In this document: positions 1 through 8,648 of the stretch, in pieces
Numbering within the stretch: the stretch's first letter is position 1
Layout: every line of letters starts with the position of its first letter
Source of the DNA: an uncultured virus (IMG/VR IMGVR_UViG_3300013132_004380)
Lineage: Duplodnaviria; Heunggongvirae; Uroviricota; Caudoviricetes
Strand: one strand, 5' to 3'
Length of the DNA stretch: 64,000 bases
IMG/VR virus record: IMGVR_UViG_3300013132_004380
The notes under the pieces: generated by a model
Databases searched by the model: none
Seen by the model: the letters and a program-made list of their open reading frames with translations, nothing else
What the model was told of the DNA's origin: nothing
Translations under genes and position numbers: made by a program

Positions 1-96
1 CTTAATATCATCTTCAGACGCTTGAGCAAACCAATCTGCAAGTCCAGGTCCAACTGACAGCAGGAATTCAAGATTAGCACGATCTCGTTGATTCAT
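1..96 (-). CDS. small hypothetical early protein, truncated by window edge
   Basis: ATG at 96 after AAGGA; reads MNQRDRANLEFLLSVGPGLADWFAQASEDDIK open to position 1. Confidence 0.55.
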   Translation of the reverse strand, partial: MNQRDRANLEFLLSVGPGLADWFAQASEDDIK

Positions 97-106
97 GATT
101 TTTTCC

Positions 107-370
107 TTAGTTTGACCAAAAAGTTTCGCTTGAAGGATCGCAGCACCATGGAGTATCTTCGGGAATATCAATCATTTTACCCGTCATGAGATTTTTAACG
201 GTTTTGGCTCCAACTGGATACTTAAGGGCAAAGAAAGTTTCTTCCATTGTCTGGTAAACTTCTTGTCCGGCGTTACGATTAGAACAGGTTGCGCTACGTT
301 TGGCGCCGCCTGCAGTTTTGAAATAACGCTTGTCAGCATGGGGATCGGCAGTGTGAAAAACAACGTACAT
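107..370 (-). CDS. hypothetical early protein
   Basis: ORF track 107..382; likely start MYVV at 370 after GGAG; directly downstream of promoter 400-428. Confidence 0.7.
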   Translation of the reverse strand: MYVVFHTADPHADKRYFKTAGGAKRSATCSNRNAGQEVYQTMEETFFALKYPVGAKTVKNLMTGKMIDIPEDTPWCCDPSSETFWSN

Positions 371-399
371 CTTGTGCTCCAAAGTTTCAGTGTAAAGCT

Positions 400-428
400 A
401 TTATACCGAAATATTGAATATTTGTCAA
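400..428 (-). promoter_or_regulatory. repeated early sigma70 promoter with palindromic spacer
   Basis: TTGACA-AATATTCAATATTTCGG-TATAAT, 17-nt spacer. Confidence 0.9.
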
Positions 429-628
429 TCAACTTCGTAGTACTGATTGTCGTCGTGGTGATAATAAGCAGCAAGAACGCTATCTAACCATTCATCATAG
501 GCAGCTTCAATTTCGGCTTCGATTAATGCTTGTGCTTCAATTTGAAGTTCAGAATTGACTTCGTCCAATCCCCACGAAAGGTCAACATATTGGCGTTCCA
601 TATCCATTTCGAACATAATTTGATCCAT
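425..628 (-). CDS. acidic hypothetical early protein
   Basis: 67 aa, very D/E-rich, between two promoter repeats. Confidence 0.65.
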   Translation of the reverse strand: MDQIMFEMDMERQYVDLSWGLDEVNSELQIEAQALIEAEIEAAYDEWLDSVLAAYYHHDDNQYYEVD

Positions 629-662
629 TTCTTTTGCACCCTGTTGATTAAACTATGATGCT

Positions 663-691
663 ATTATATCAAAATAATGAATATTTGTCAA
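663..691 (-). promoter_or_regulatory. repeated early sigma70 promoter (variant)
   Basis: TTGACA-AATATTCATTATTTTGA-TATAAT. Confidence 0.85.
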
Positions 692-712
692 CCGATCTTG
701 TAAGGCATAGTC

Positions 713-735
713 GGGGCAATGTAGGACACTGCCCC
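713..735 (-). terminator. GC-rich hairpin after phasin-like gene
   Basis: GGGGCA...TGCCCC stem; no clear U-tract. Confidence 0.3.
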
Positions 736-755
736 ATCAAATTTGCTAGATTAAA

Positions 756-1031
756 TTACTTTTTATTCAAATGACTGTAGTATGCTTTCATAATGCCTTC
801 TCCAAATTTGCTGTAATCAAACTTGGTTAATTCTTGCATACTACGACTGGTTTCACCTAAAACACTGTTCATCATTGATGAAGTTGCCTTAACTGCTTCT
901 TTGGTGTAGGCAGTTTGGCTGTCTACAAAGTCATTTAAACTTGTTGCAATCTTTTCGTTGGTTACAAAAGTTTTGATAAAAGTTTTTTTACTGTTTTGTA
1001 CAGTATCTACCATAAAATCCATATTAAACAT
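756..1031 (-). CDS. phasin-like amphipathic helical protein
   Basis: 91 aa helical ORF with AGGAG SD and TAAATA late promoter; PhaR-like palindrome upstream. Confidence 0.5.
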   Translation of the reverse strand: MFNMDFMVDTVQNSKKTFIKTFVTNEKIATSLNDFVDSQTAYTKEAVKATSSMMNSVLGETSRSMQELTKFDYSKFGEGIMKAYYSHLNKK

Positions 1032-1062
1032 GTGTGTCTCCTAAAACATGATTATACAAGTA

Positions 1063-1085
1063 TTTATGCTGCAGTGCAACATAAA
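1063..1085. promoter_or_regulatory. PhaR-like operator palindrome
   Basis: TTTATGCTGCA-G-TGCAACATAAA, near-perfect inverted repeat with TGC-N3-GCA core, overlapping TAAATA (1061-1066, minus). Confidence 0.55.
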
Positions 1086-1151
1086 ATAATATCTTATTAA
1101 TTTAGTTTGAGTAAATAACATATATTCCAAAAAATATGTAAGGAGATCAAA

Positions 1152-1583
1152 ATGGAATTATTTTTATTCTTTTTAATTGTAGCAGTGGGAGGCATGTGGT
1201 GGCTTAATTATAATATGAACAAAAAAGCTCGAGCCGAAGAACAATCAAGGTTAGATAAACAAGAAGCAGAAGCACCTTATAAAGTAGATGCTTCCGAAGT
1301 GAAGGCATCGGTTGCACCAGCTGCTGAGCAAGCCATGGAGCAAACTGCAGTTCAGCCAACAAAATGCGGTTGCGGACGTAGCCCAACTGGATTTTGTGTG
1401 GGACTTCATAAGTTAACTTCAGAAGAATGGGCAGTTCATGTAGATAATCCCAACAAACCTGTCACAGAAACTAAACCAGTTAAAAAGCCAAGAAAACCTG
1501 CTGCAACTAAAACTGCTGCAGCCAAGGCAAAAAGTAAAAAACCTGCTGCTGCCAAAGCAACTGTCAAAAAAGCAAAGAAGTAA
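1152..1583 (+). CDS. membrane-anchored CDGSH-like Fe-S/zinc-finger protein with Lys/Ala-rich tail
   Basis: N-terminal TM helix; CGCGRSPTGFCVGLH (3Cys-1His); KKPAAAKA-type C-terminus; AAGGAG SD. Confidence 0.6.
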   Translation: MELFLFFLIVAVGGMWWLNYNMNKKARAEEQSRLDKQEAEAPYKVDASEVKASVAPAAEQAMEQTAVQPTKCGCGRSPTGFCVGLHKLTSEEWAVHVDNPNKPVTETKPVKKPRKPAATKTAAAKAKSKKPAAAKATVKKAKK

Positions 1584-1592
1584 TTAAGTTTT

Positions 1593-2654
1593 TTAAGCTG
1601 TCAGATTGGCATTATCTTTGTATGATGCCAATTTGTTTTTCCAATAATTGTAAAGTGCAAAACTAGCAAGATTTTTTCCCTTGCTTTCACACATAATATC
1701 AAATTGATCAGAAAAGGTCAATGCCCAATCATTTACAGCTGAATTCCAATAAAAGTTACTGTGAGCACGTAATTTTTGTTTTTTATGACCCGATTCCATC
1801 AAGGCCGAAAGATCGGGAACTCTGTCAGTTGAATGTCCCACCAAGCAATCTTCCCTACTAACACTATAATGCATAACAGGGCGATGACCGCGCCAACTAT
1901 CCACCACTCTTTTAACGCTGTCACTAGTTGGATCAATGTATACCCCTTCACGGACCCAATTATGATGTATATCGAGCACGACAGGCACAAGATCACTAAT
2001 GCTAAGGCAATCATCCAATCCATAACTTATTTCCTCGTTTTCGATGGTAATGGTGTTGCGGGCTTCCTGGCTGAGTCGTGTATAGGCGCGTCGGATACCT
2101 TCGGGACCGGCACGACCCGCGATGTGGACATTGATTTTAAAGTCTTGAAATCTCTGGGCAAACCCCATCCAAGCGGCCATTGTAGCATGGTATTCAAATT
2201 CCTCTATAGAACGTTCAACAATCTCAGGGTTATCGCTAGCAAGCACAGTGAACTGGCCAGGGTGAAAGCTAAGGCGAACATCGCGAAGCCTAGCCAACTC
2301 ACCGACCTTTCCAAACGACTGCTGCGCATATCTTTGTACATCAGGTAGCTGCCAAAAGTAACGCCAGCTAGGCTCAGTGAAAGCAGGCAAAATATCACTT
2401 GAAAGACGTACCATCCGAAGTCCATGTTCTTGATCTCCAACTTTTTTAACTAATTGATAAATGGATTCGATGTTTTGTTTCATCAAATCCCACAACCGTT
2501 GCTCCGCCGCAGATCGACTTTGACGATTAAGCCAAGTTATTGTTGTGGTTCCGGTATTATATTTTTTTGCTGGATCTTTGGGTTTGATACCGTCCATTTG
2601 ATCTGGACTATCAATCCACTTGCAAGCAAAACCTATACGTTGAATTGTATTCAT
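1593..2654 (-). CDS. uvsE: UV-damage endonuclease
   Basis: RIGFACK, RLSSDILP, LSFHPGQF, IENEE, VLDIHH, RAHS, DIMCESKGK motifs of the UvdE family. Confidence 0.9.
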   Translation of the reverse strand: MNTIQRIGFACKWIDSPDQMDGIKPKDPAKKYNTGTTTITWLNRQSRSAAEQRLWDLMKQNIESIYQLVKKVGDQEHGLRMVRLSSDILPAFTEPSWRYFWQLPDVQRYAQQSFGKVGELARLRDVRLSFHPGQFTVLASDNPEIVERSIEEFEYHATMAAWMGFAQRFQDFKINVHIAGRAGPEGIRRAYTRLSQEARNTITIENEEISYGLDDCLSISDLVPVVLDIHHNWVREGVYIDPTSDSVKRVVDSWRGHRPVMHYSVSREDCLVGHSTDRVPDLSALMESGHKKQKLRAHSNFYWNSAVNDWALTFSDQFDIMCESKGKNLASFALYNYWKNKLASYKDNANLTA

Positions 2655-2660
2655 TCTACA

Positions 2661-2689
2661 ATTATATACGCATAAGTTTTATTTGTCAA
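2661..2689 (-). promoter_or_regulatory. sigma70 promoter, leaderless geometry
   Basis: TTGACA-17-TATAAT, then 6 nt to the uvsE ATG. Confidence 0.75.
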
Positions 2690-3401
2690 ATTGTACACTT
2701 ATCACATGTTCATAATTCTTTTTAATAAGACTTTTATACATTAGATTTCTATGTACAAGAAATTCTTGTGATCCGGCATCATGGCAAAATTTAGCTAATT
2801 GTTTAAAATACAACGATCTTCTTTGGTACAAACCTCTACAAACAGCATCAGTATTTTTTGTTTGATAAACTGCAGTTATCCATTTGTTTCTTTCTTGACT
2901 GTCCCAATTATGTATTTCTGTAAATGCAGTCAAATTTGAACCTGATTTAATTATTGCAGGATGACTGTATTCTCTTTCTTTGAAATCTTGATTTTTATAG
3001 TCTTTTACAGTAGTAATAAGAATATCTTGTGTTAATTTGCATAAATCTGTAATTTTAGACTGTTGCTCTTTTTCGTCTTGTGCAAAAGTTAAAAACTCAT
3101 CTGTGGCAATTACACAACTAAATTTTAAGGTAGCTGAACCTTCAAATTTTTTGACTGCAATTTGTTGTGACAGGTTTTCGAATAAGTCATTATTCATTTG
3201 TGCCAAATAAATGTCAGATGTTCTCGGTACAGCAAATATCAAAGGATTAAATCCTATAAACAAATATGATTTAGGATTCATATTATGATATTCAAAAACC
3301 TTGTCCAGAATTTCTTTTTTTCTGTCGATTATTTCAGATTTTTTTCCGTGTAAATTGAAAGCATCAAAAATAATATTGCTGTAATCGTTAAAATTATTCA
3401 T
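2679..3401 (-). CDS. hypothetical protein, possibly degenerate Rossmann methyltransferase fold
   Basis: 240 aa ORF, last gene of the amidinotransferase operon; weak YLFIGF motif-I-like strand. Confidence 0.6.
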   Translation of the reverse strand: MNNFNDYSNIIFDAFNLHGKKSEIIDRKKEILDKVFEYHNMNPKSYLFIGFNPLIFAVPRTSDIYLAQMNNDLFENLSQQIAVKKFEGSATLKFSCVIATDEFLTFAQDEKEQQSKITDLCKLTQDILITTVKDYKNQDFKEREYSHPAIIKSGSNLTAFTEIHNWDSQERNKWITAVYQTKNTDAVCRGLYQRRSLYFKQLAKFCHDAGSQEFLVHRNLMYKSLIKKNYEHVISVQFDK

Positions 3402-3405
3402 AAAT

Positions 3406-4422
3406 TTATTTAGTTTGACGCTCTAAATCCAGGGTAACACAATGAAACCCCCCACCTAGAGTTCTACTATGACGTAGTTCTAATGGAATAACCTCGATGC
3501 CTTTTTTTGATAATTGTTTGTGCAATTCTATTTGTTTACTATCTACAATCACCGTAGTTGGATTTACACTAAACATGTTTAACGCTATCCATTTACTAGC
3601 ATAAGGATATTGATAAAATGATTGTTCTACTACATGGTCAACCCATATTTTATCCCATTTTTTAAAATACTCAGGCAAATTTGATTGATTAATTCTGGAA
3701 GAGTTTAATACTACTAATCCGTCTTTGAGAATAGAAATGGTGCTGTCAATATGGGCATATGCATAGATATTATCTAATACATGTATTTGATATTGTTTGC
3801 CTAGCATATTTTGTAACCATTCTGCTCCTAATCGGTTGCCAGTATTACTTACCAAATAGAAAATATCGTCGTTATGCCTTAAAATGTTTGCTGCATCAAA
3901 CATAGGTTCCTGCTCATTTAATACTACATTCTTATTAAGAACATATGAATCTTGTGTAAGTAATCTTGGCTTAGGCGCAGAAAACCATCTTGCTTTATCT
4001 CGAATAGCTTTAACTTTAATTTTATAATAAGCACTTACTTCAAATTGTCTACTTCTGTAAACCATTGGGGCTTCTATGACCATATCATCAATTACCAACA
4101 AGGTATCTCGAGGACAGTATTTGTACATGCCGTCAGTTTCCCATTCGTGTGTTCTAACAACATGACTGTGATCTAATTCGTTTGGCCTGTAAACTTCAAC
4201 CCCCAATGATCGTAAAGTGTTTGCTAAAATTTCTAAATCTTCGTTAGCTTCGTCGATTACATGTTTGGGGAATGGGCCCTGAGGCATAATTGTTTCTTTC
4301 CAAGCAGTAACTTCTTTATTATAATCAAAAATTTCATCGAATTTAGGAAATTGTGCTCCAGTTGCATCGCCTACTACACAGGATTTAAGTTGATCGTATT
4401 CATTTTTGCTGGAAATTTTCAT
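3406..4422 (-). CDS. amidinotransferase (glycine/inosamine-phosphate amidinotransferase family)
   Basis: NEYDQLKSCVVG, YCPRD, FDAAN, AHIDSTI, LGGGFHCVTLD (Asp-His-Cys triad). Confidence 0.85.
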   Translation of the reverse strand: MKISSKNEYDQLKSCVVGDATGAQFPKFDEIFDYNKEVTAWKETIMPQGPFPKHVIDEANEDLEILANTLRSLGVEVYRPNELDHSHVVRTHEWETDGMYKYCPRDTLLVIDDMVIEAPMVYRSRQFEVSAYYKIKVKAIRDKARWFSAPKPRLLTQDSYVLNKNVVLNEQEPMFDAANILRHNDDIFYLVSNTGNRLGAEWLQNMLGKQYQIHVLDNIYAYAHIDSTISILKDGLVVLNSSRINQSNLPEYFKKWDKIWVDHVVEQSFYQYPYASKWIALNMFSVNPTTVIVDSKQIELHKQLSKKGIEVIPLELRHSRTLGGGFHCVTLDLERQTK

Positions 4423-4937
4423 ATATGGCCAGTGATTTGCAATGTATATCGTGGAGTAAGTCCAATATTTGCTGCCATGTGAGGAGTGTCATAACTCCAA
4501 TATACGCAACAGCCTTTGTTCCAATTTATAAATGGTTCATTGTTATATTCTGCGTAATGACCCGATTGCCAATCTTCTAGAAATACGATAGCTCTACGTA
4601 TGGAATGTTCCTTGCCTTGTAAATTAAAAAGTTTAATATATCTTGTGTACAAATCTTGATGAGTTGGCAAAATTGTGCCAGTATCCATTCTATAGTAACT
4701 AGTCCCAATATCTGACCATCCTAGCATTTCAAAAAATTTAATAAAATGGAAATTCCAGCTTGGTTGGGGGTTGCGCATGTCACACATAACCCCTGTAAAT
4801 GTTCCGCCGTAACCTTGATTCCTCCATTTATGTAAACTTTGTTCATCATTAAATGGTTCATAACTATACTTTAAAGATTTGTATTCCTCATCCCAAAATG
4901 GATCAATACGGATTTTAACGATTTCGTGTGTTGCCAT
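4419..4937 (-). CDS. 2OG-Fe(II) oxygenase (Asp/Asn beta-hydroxylase-like)
   Basis: LPTHQD (HxD), distal H in DTPHMAAN, RYTLQITG. Confidence 0.7.
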   Translation of the reverse strand: MATHEIVKIRIDPFWDEEYKSLKYSYEPFNDEQSLHKWRNQGYGGTFTGVMCDMRNPQPSWNFHFIKFFEMLGWSDIGTSYYRMDTGTILPTHQDLYTRYIKLFNLQGKEHSIRRAIVFLEDWQSGHYAEYNNEPFINWNKGCCVYWSYDTPHMAANIGLTPRYTLQITGHI

Positions 4938-5532
4938 AATGAATGACTTTGACTGTGTCAGTAGAGTTTAATTTGCGCCAAGGATCAACAATAATAGATC
5001 CTGCAGGAATAGTAACATAAGGTTGTGTGTCTACTTGTTCACCAGTATATTCATAAGTAATTTTTCTACTGTGAGCCCATAAAAAGACTGCAGGATTTTG
5101 CACTTCTTGAATTACATCTGTTTGGTCATCTGCTAATGGGTCAACATACTTTATTGCGGCATGGCCGTGTTTAGCCACGTAATAACCCACTAATGTTGAG
5201 TAAGAACCGATACAATAAGGAACGTCAGGTTTATATGCTTTACCATGAATTACAATAGGTAAATCTCCATTGTCTCGACTTACTTCAATTAAAAATTTTG
5301 CAAGGTTCTCTGCCTGTACTTCCCTTGCAGACATGACAGTATCAAACAAATCATACCCAATATTATATTCTTTTGCTAACCAACGCAATGCAATATTATC
5401 CCGTGGATGGCAATTATGCACTACAACACCATTTTTGGCATTAATGTAATATTGATCGTCTTTTATCTCATGGTTTGGTTCTACTTCGATGTTATATACT
5501 TTTCCGTTATAATTGTACTTTTCAATTTTCAT
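4915..5532 (-). CDS. ugd: split-intein C-half fused to C-terminal part of UDP-glucose/GDP-mannose 6-dehydrogenase
   Basis: 40 aa IntC ending VVVHN, then CHPRDNIAL (catalytic Cys motif) and HGKAYKPD. Confidence 0.88.
   Translation of the reverse strand: MKIEKYNYNGKVYNIEVEPNHEIKDDQYYINAKNGVVVHNCHPRDNIALRWLAKEYNIGYDLFDTVMSAREVQAENLAKFLIEVSRDNGDLPIVIHGKAYKPDVPYCIGSYSTLVGYYVAKHGHAAIKYVDPLADDQTDVIQEVQNPAVFLWAHSRKITYEYTGEQVDTQPYVTIPAGSIIVDPWRKLNSTDTVKVIHYGNTRNR
5413..5532 (-). mobile_element. split intein C-fragment (IntC, 40 aa)
   Basis: Block F KVYNIEV and block G VVVHN|C. Confidence 0.9.
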
Positions 5533-6335
5533 AATTCTATTCCTAGGTTAATCAGTTTTTGTTTTGTTAAAATTTCAATTTTTATGTCTGGATGTTGTTC
5601 TTTTAATAGCTCAAATTTTCTGTATTGGATTCGGTACCAGTGATCTGCTTTCGGATCAACGTAGGCGTTCCACTCATATACAAAAAAGTCAGGGTAATAT
5701 GACCTACTAATTCCCGAGTCGTCTATATAGTCGATTCTACCCCTATGACAGTCAAATTTTAGTTGCTGTTTATCGAGCCATTCGATAAATTTCAACTCCC
5801 AGTGCCCTTGTACTCGATATTCTTTTCCCGACGAATGAATGTACGTATGCCATTTACACTTACAATTTGCATCGTTATTTTCTTTATATGCTCCTCGGCG
5901 CCATGCATTAATTGATCCTTGACTAAATTTTTTACGAAACTCAGTATCTTGCATTAACTTAGATCTAGTCTTAGACACTTTCTGTCTAACTTCAGGTCTC
6001 TTCATAGCGTTCTTCTCACCAATATTAACTTTGCCTATCATTGATTCCGATGTACGCTTTCGTTCTGCCGGATCTTCATATCTCCTTTTTTGTGCATTGC
6101 TGTTCTTTTGCCGCCGATCTAGTAAATTATTCTGAACTGCCTGCCAACATCTATTACAAAAATCTTTTGTGAAATTTATGTTAGCTTTCATCTTAATATA
6201 TTGTTTTTTCACTCTATTGTGAATTACACTGCATTGATCACATGTAATCTCTAAGATCAACTGGTTAACTGTTATCTTTTTACCGGTTTTTGAGCTAGTC
6301 CAAGAATATGGTTTTTGGTATTCTTTGTGTATCAT
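5529..6335 (-). CDS. free-standing PD-(D/E)xK (TnsA-like) homing endonuclease with basic NUMOD-like repeats
   Basis: QGHWELKF...YYPDFF...YVDPK; CDQC/CNRC Cys pairs; GEKNAMKRPEVRQKVS; likely start 6335, 5 nt after TAAATA (track start 6377). Confidence 0.75.
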   Translation of the reverse strand: MIHKEYQKPYSWTSSKTGKKITVNQLILEITCDQCSVIHNRVKKQYIKMKANINFTKDFCNRCWQAVQNNLLDRRQKNSNAQKRRYEDPAERKRTSESMIGKVNIGEKNAMKRPEVRQKVSKTRSKLMQDTEFRKKFSQGSINAWRRGAYKENNDANCKCKWHTYIHSSGKEYRVQGHWELKFIEWLDKQQLKFDCHRGRIDYIDDSGISRSYYPDFFVYEWNAYVDPKADHWYRIQYRKFELLKEQHPDIKIEILTKQKLINLGIEL

Positions 6336-6376
6336 ACATTTATTTAGCAAAGAATACAAAATATACATGACAGGCA

Positions 6377-7447
6377 CTAGCTTAACCGATATAACCTGTC
6401 AGATTCAACAATTTCGTCAGCTCTGACAATCACCCGGACGTTGTTACGCAATACTGGAACAAGATGCTCAGGAGTACACTCAAGTAATACTTCGTCGTTT
6501 TCAATGAACCTAAGGATGTTACCGCTATACTCCCGACAAGTTACTTTATCAATCTTTTTCTCATCCTTACTTGTAATGGAATAATTTACAGATTCTATTA
6601 GGTGCACACGATCGTCGAAAGTTTTGTGCAGATTTTCGATAGAAATAATTTCGCCGTCGACCCGAACTGGGAAATCGGGCAACACACAAGCACCTGCGTC
6701 CCCCATTCCTGCAGTCATGTATTTTGGACCCATGATACGCATAGTTGATCTGGCTAAGGCATTAGTTACTACATCAACATTGATGTTACCAATGCGCAAA
6801 GCAAAATCTTGAATCATGTTCACAAGACCCACTTTAGCACTAATAAATGTGTTATAAAAGATTTTAATTGATTCACATTCGTCCCAGGTACCAACTTCGT
6901 ACCTTGGATCATTTTGCATAATTGTTTTATATAAATCTATTAGTTCACCTGCCACTCCTGTCAGACTACCATCTTCAGTTCCAATAATAACCATTTCAGG
7001 ATTTGCCATATCCCATTTAACACTGCCCATGGCAATTAGATAGGGGTTATATAAAAACAAATGTCGTTTGTCCAATAAAGGTACAAACTTTCTTCTAGTT
7101 GTTCCCGGCAAAACTGTGCTAATCAACACAATCTTTTTTTGAGTTCGCGCATACTGATTGACCTTATTAATTGCATCAATTACTGCGTCATGCCCAAAGT
7201 CTTTTGGCTCCATATGGCTACTAGGCACACTACCATCATAACCTTCTGCATGTGGTGTAGGTACAGCAATGAAAATCCATTCGCTTTCATTTACTAATTC
7301 TTCAATTTCACAAACTTTCACTGAGGTGCTCTGCCTTGGGTAAATATCATAGCCTCTGACTTCATGTTTTTCTGCCATAACTTCGGCACAGTCAAGGCCT
7401 AATTTTCCAATTCCAATAAAACCAATTTTTTTTCTAATAACTTGCAT
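6377..7447 (-). CDS. ugd: N-terminal part of UDP-glucose/GDP-mannose 6-dehydrogenase fused to split-intein N-half
   Basis: GIGKLG Rossmann motif, AVPTP, STVLPGTT, KIFYNTFISAKV, GMGDAGA followed by intein Cys1. Confidence 0.9.
   Translation of the reverse strand: MQVIRKKIGFIGIGKLGLDCAEVMAEKHEVRGYDIYPRQSTSVKVCEIEELVNESEWIFIAVPTPHAEGYDGSVPSSHMEPKDFGHDAVIDAINKVNQYARTQKKIVLISTVLPGTTRRKFVPLLDKRHLFLYNPYLIAMGSVKWDMANPEMVIIGTEDGSLTGVAGELIDLYKTIMQNDPRYEVGTWDECESIKIFYNTFISAKVGLVNMIQDFALRIGNINVDVVTNALARSTMRIMGPKYMTAGMGDAGACVLPDFPVRVDGEIISIENLHKTFDDRVHLIESVNYSITSKDEKKIDKVTCREYSGNILRFIENDEVLLECTPEHLVPVLRNNVRVIVRADEIVESDRLYRLS
6380..6688 (-). mobile_element. split intein N-fragment (IntN, 103 aa)
   Basis: Block A CVLPDFPVRVDG; block B LECTPEHLVPV; VRADEIVESD; ends at TAG. 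Confidence 0.9.
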
Positions 7448-8623
7448 ATGATCTCCGTTGATAATTTCTACTACATATTATACAAAAATTTACTTGAACC
7501 TTCAAGATTTTCCGCAGCTTATTTCTATCCGTTTGGCACTACGTCTGCTAATAATCTGGCATTTTCTTGGGAAACTGATTCGAAAATACATTCTGAATAT
7601 TTACATTCTGTTTTATTTTATGATCAAGAACCTTTGTTATGCAAAGAGTTACCAACCCAACATTTTTTAGCATTGCAGAATAAAGTATTCTTTTGTAATA
7701 TACTTGCAAATAGCGAACATTCGATACAGAAAAAAAATCTACTAAAAAAAGAAAATTTTTATGACTGGTATTATTTTTATCACGGATTTGCTGCTCTTTG
7801 TTGGTTCGATGATTTAAAATATTTGCCAAAAGTGGAATACTCTTTTTCAAAAGTATTTATAAACCTTAACAGACTACACACAAAATATAGAAGTTATAGA
7901 ATTAATTTAATAAGCGAATACTATAAAAGAAATTTACTAGATTTTGGGCATATTAGTTTTGCTTCAACAAATAATGAATATGGAACTTGGATCGATGAAA
8001 TATCCGATCCTCATACTTTACTTCCAAAAAATAAGTTGAAAGAAATTGAAAGTAATCTATTTAAAATTTCTTTGCCACTAGTGGTCGATACTTATGATCC
8101 TAAGGGATTTGCAAGTGCAGACTCGGGGCCAGAAGCATTAAAACTTAATCAATCTGCCTTATGGCATGTTGTTAGCGAAACTATTTTTTATCAAGAAAAA
8201 TTACATTTAACTGAAAAAATTTTTAAGCCAATATGCTCAAGACGACCCTTTATTTTAGTAGGGGCAAAAGGTAATCTTGCTTATTTACGAAGTTATGGAT
8301 TTAAAACATTTGGTCGATGGATTTCTGAAGATTATGATAATGAGGAAGATAACGAAAAAAGATTGTTAATGATAGTTGATGAAGTGGAAAAATTATGTAA
8401 ATTATCTTTTCATGAATTAAAATCAATGCATAAAGAAATGCAAGATATTTTAGAATACAATTTTAATCATTTTTATAACGAATTTAAAAAAATTATTGTT
8501 GATGAACTGGTTGATAATTTTCAAGAATGTCTTAAAATTTGGAATCACGATAGATTTAACGAAGAAAAATTGGGATTAGATGCAAATTCTTTACGCAATA
8601 TAAAAAATATATTATTACGATAA
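7448..8623 (+). CDS. putative glycosyltransferase-like protein (GT10/GT-B-like C-terminus)
   Basis: YDQEP; VVSETIFY...LTEKIFKPI...PFILVG...YLRSYGFKTF...YD pattern. Confidence 0.55.
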   Translation: MISVDNFYYILYKNLLEPSRFSAAYFYPFGTTSANNLAFSWETDSKIHSEYLHSVLFYDQEPLLCKELPTQHFLALQNKVFFCNILANSEHSIQKKNLLKKENFYDWYYFYHGFAALCWFDDLKYLPKVEYSFSKVFINLNRLHTKYRSYRINLISEYYKRNLLDFGHISFASTNNEYGTWIDEISDPHTLLPKNKLKEIESNLFKISLPLVVDTYDPKGFASADSGPEALKLNQSALWHVVSETIFYQEKLHLTEKIFKPICSRRPFILVGAKGNLAYLRSYGFKTFGRWISEDYDNEEDNEKRLLMIVDEVEKLCKLSFHELKSMHKEMQDILEYNFNHFYNEFKKIIVDELVDNFQECLKIWNHDRFNEEKLGLDANSLRNIKNILLR

Positions 8624-8648
8624 ATAGTTTGGTCAACGGAGTTTCATA

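Noticed and set aside
1799..2675. ORFs overlapping uvsE in other frames
   Set aside because: Overlap a well-supported gene wholly or almost wholly and lack independent signals
5529..6379. Contiguous intein via TAG read-through or code reassignment
   Set aside because: A TAA follows ten sense codons after the TAG, the three ORFs are not all in one frame, and core genes are intact in the standard code
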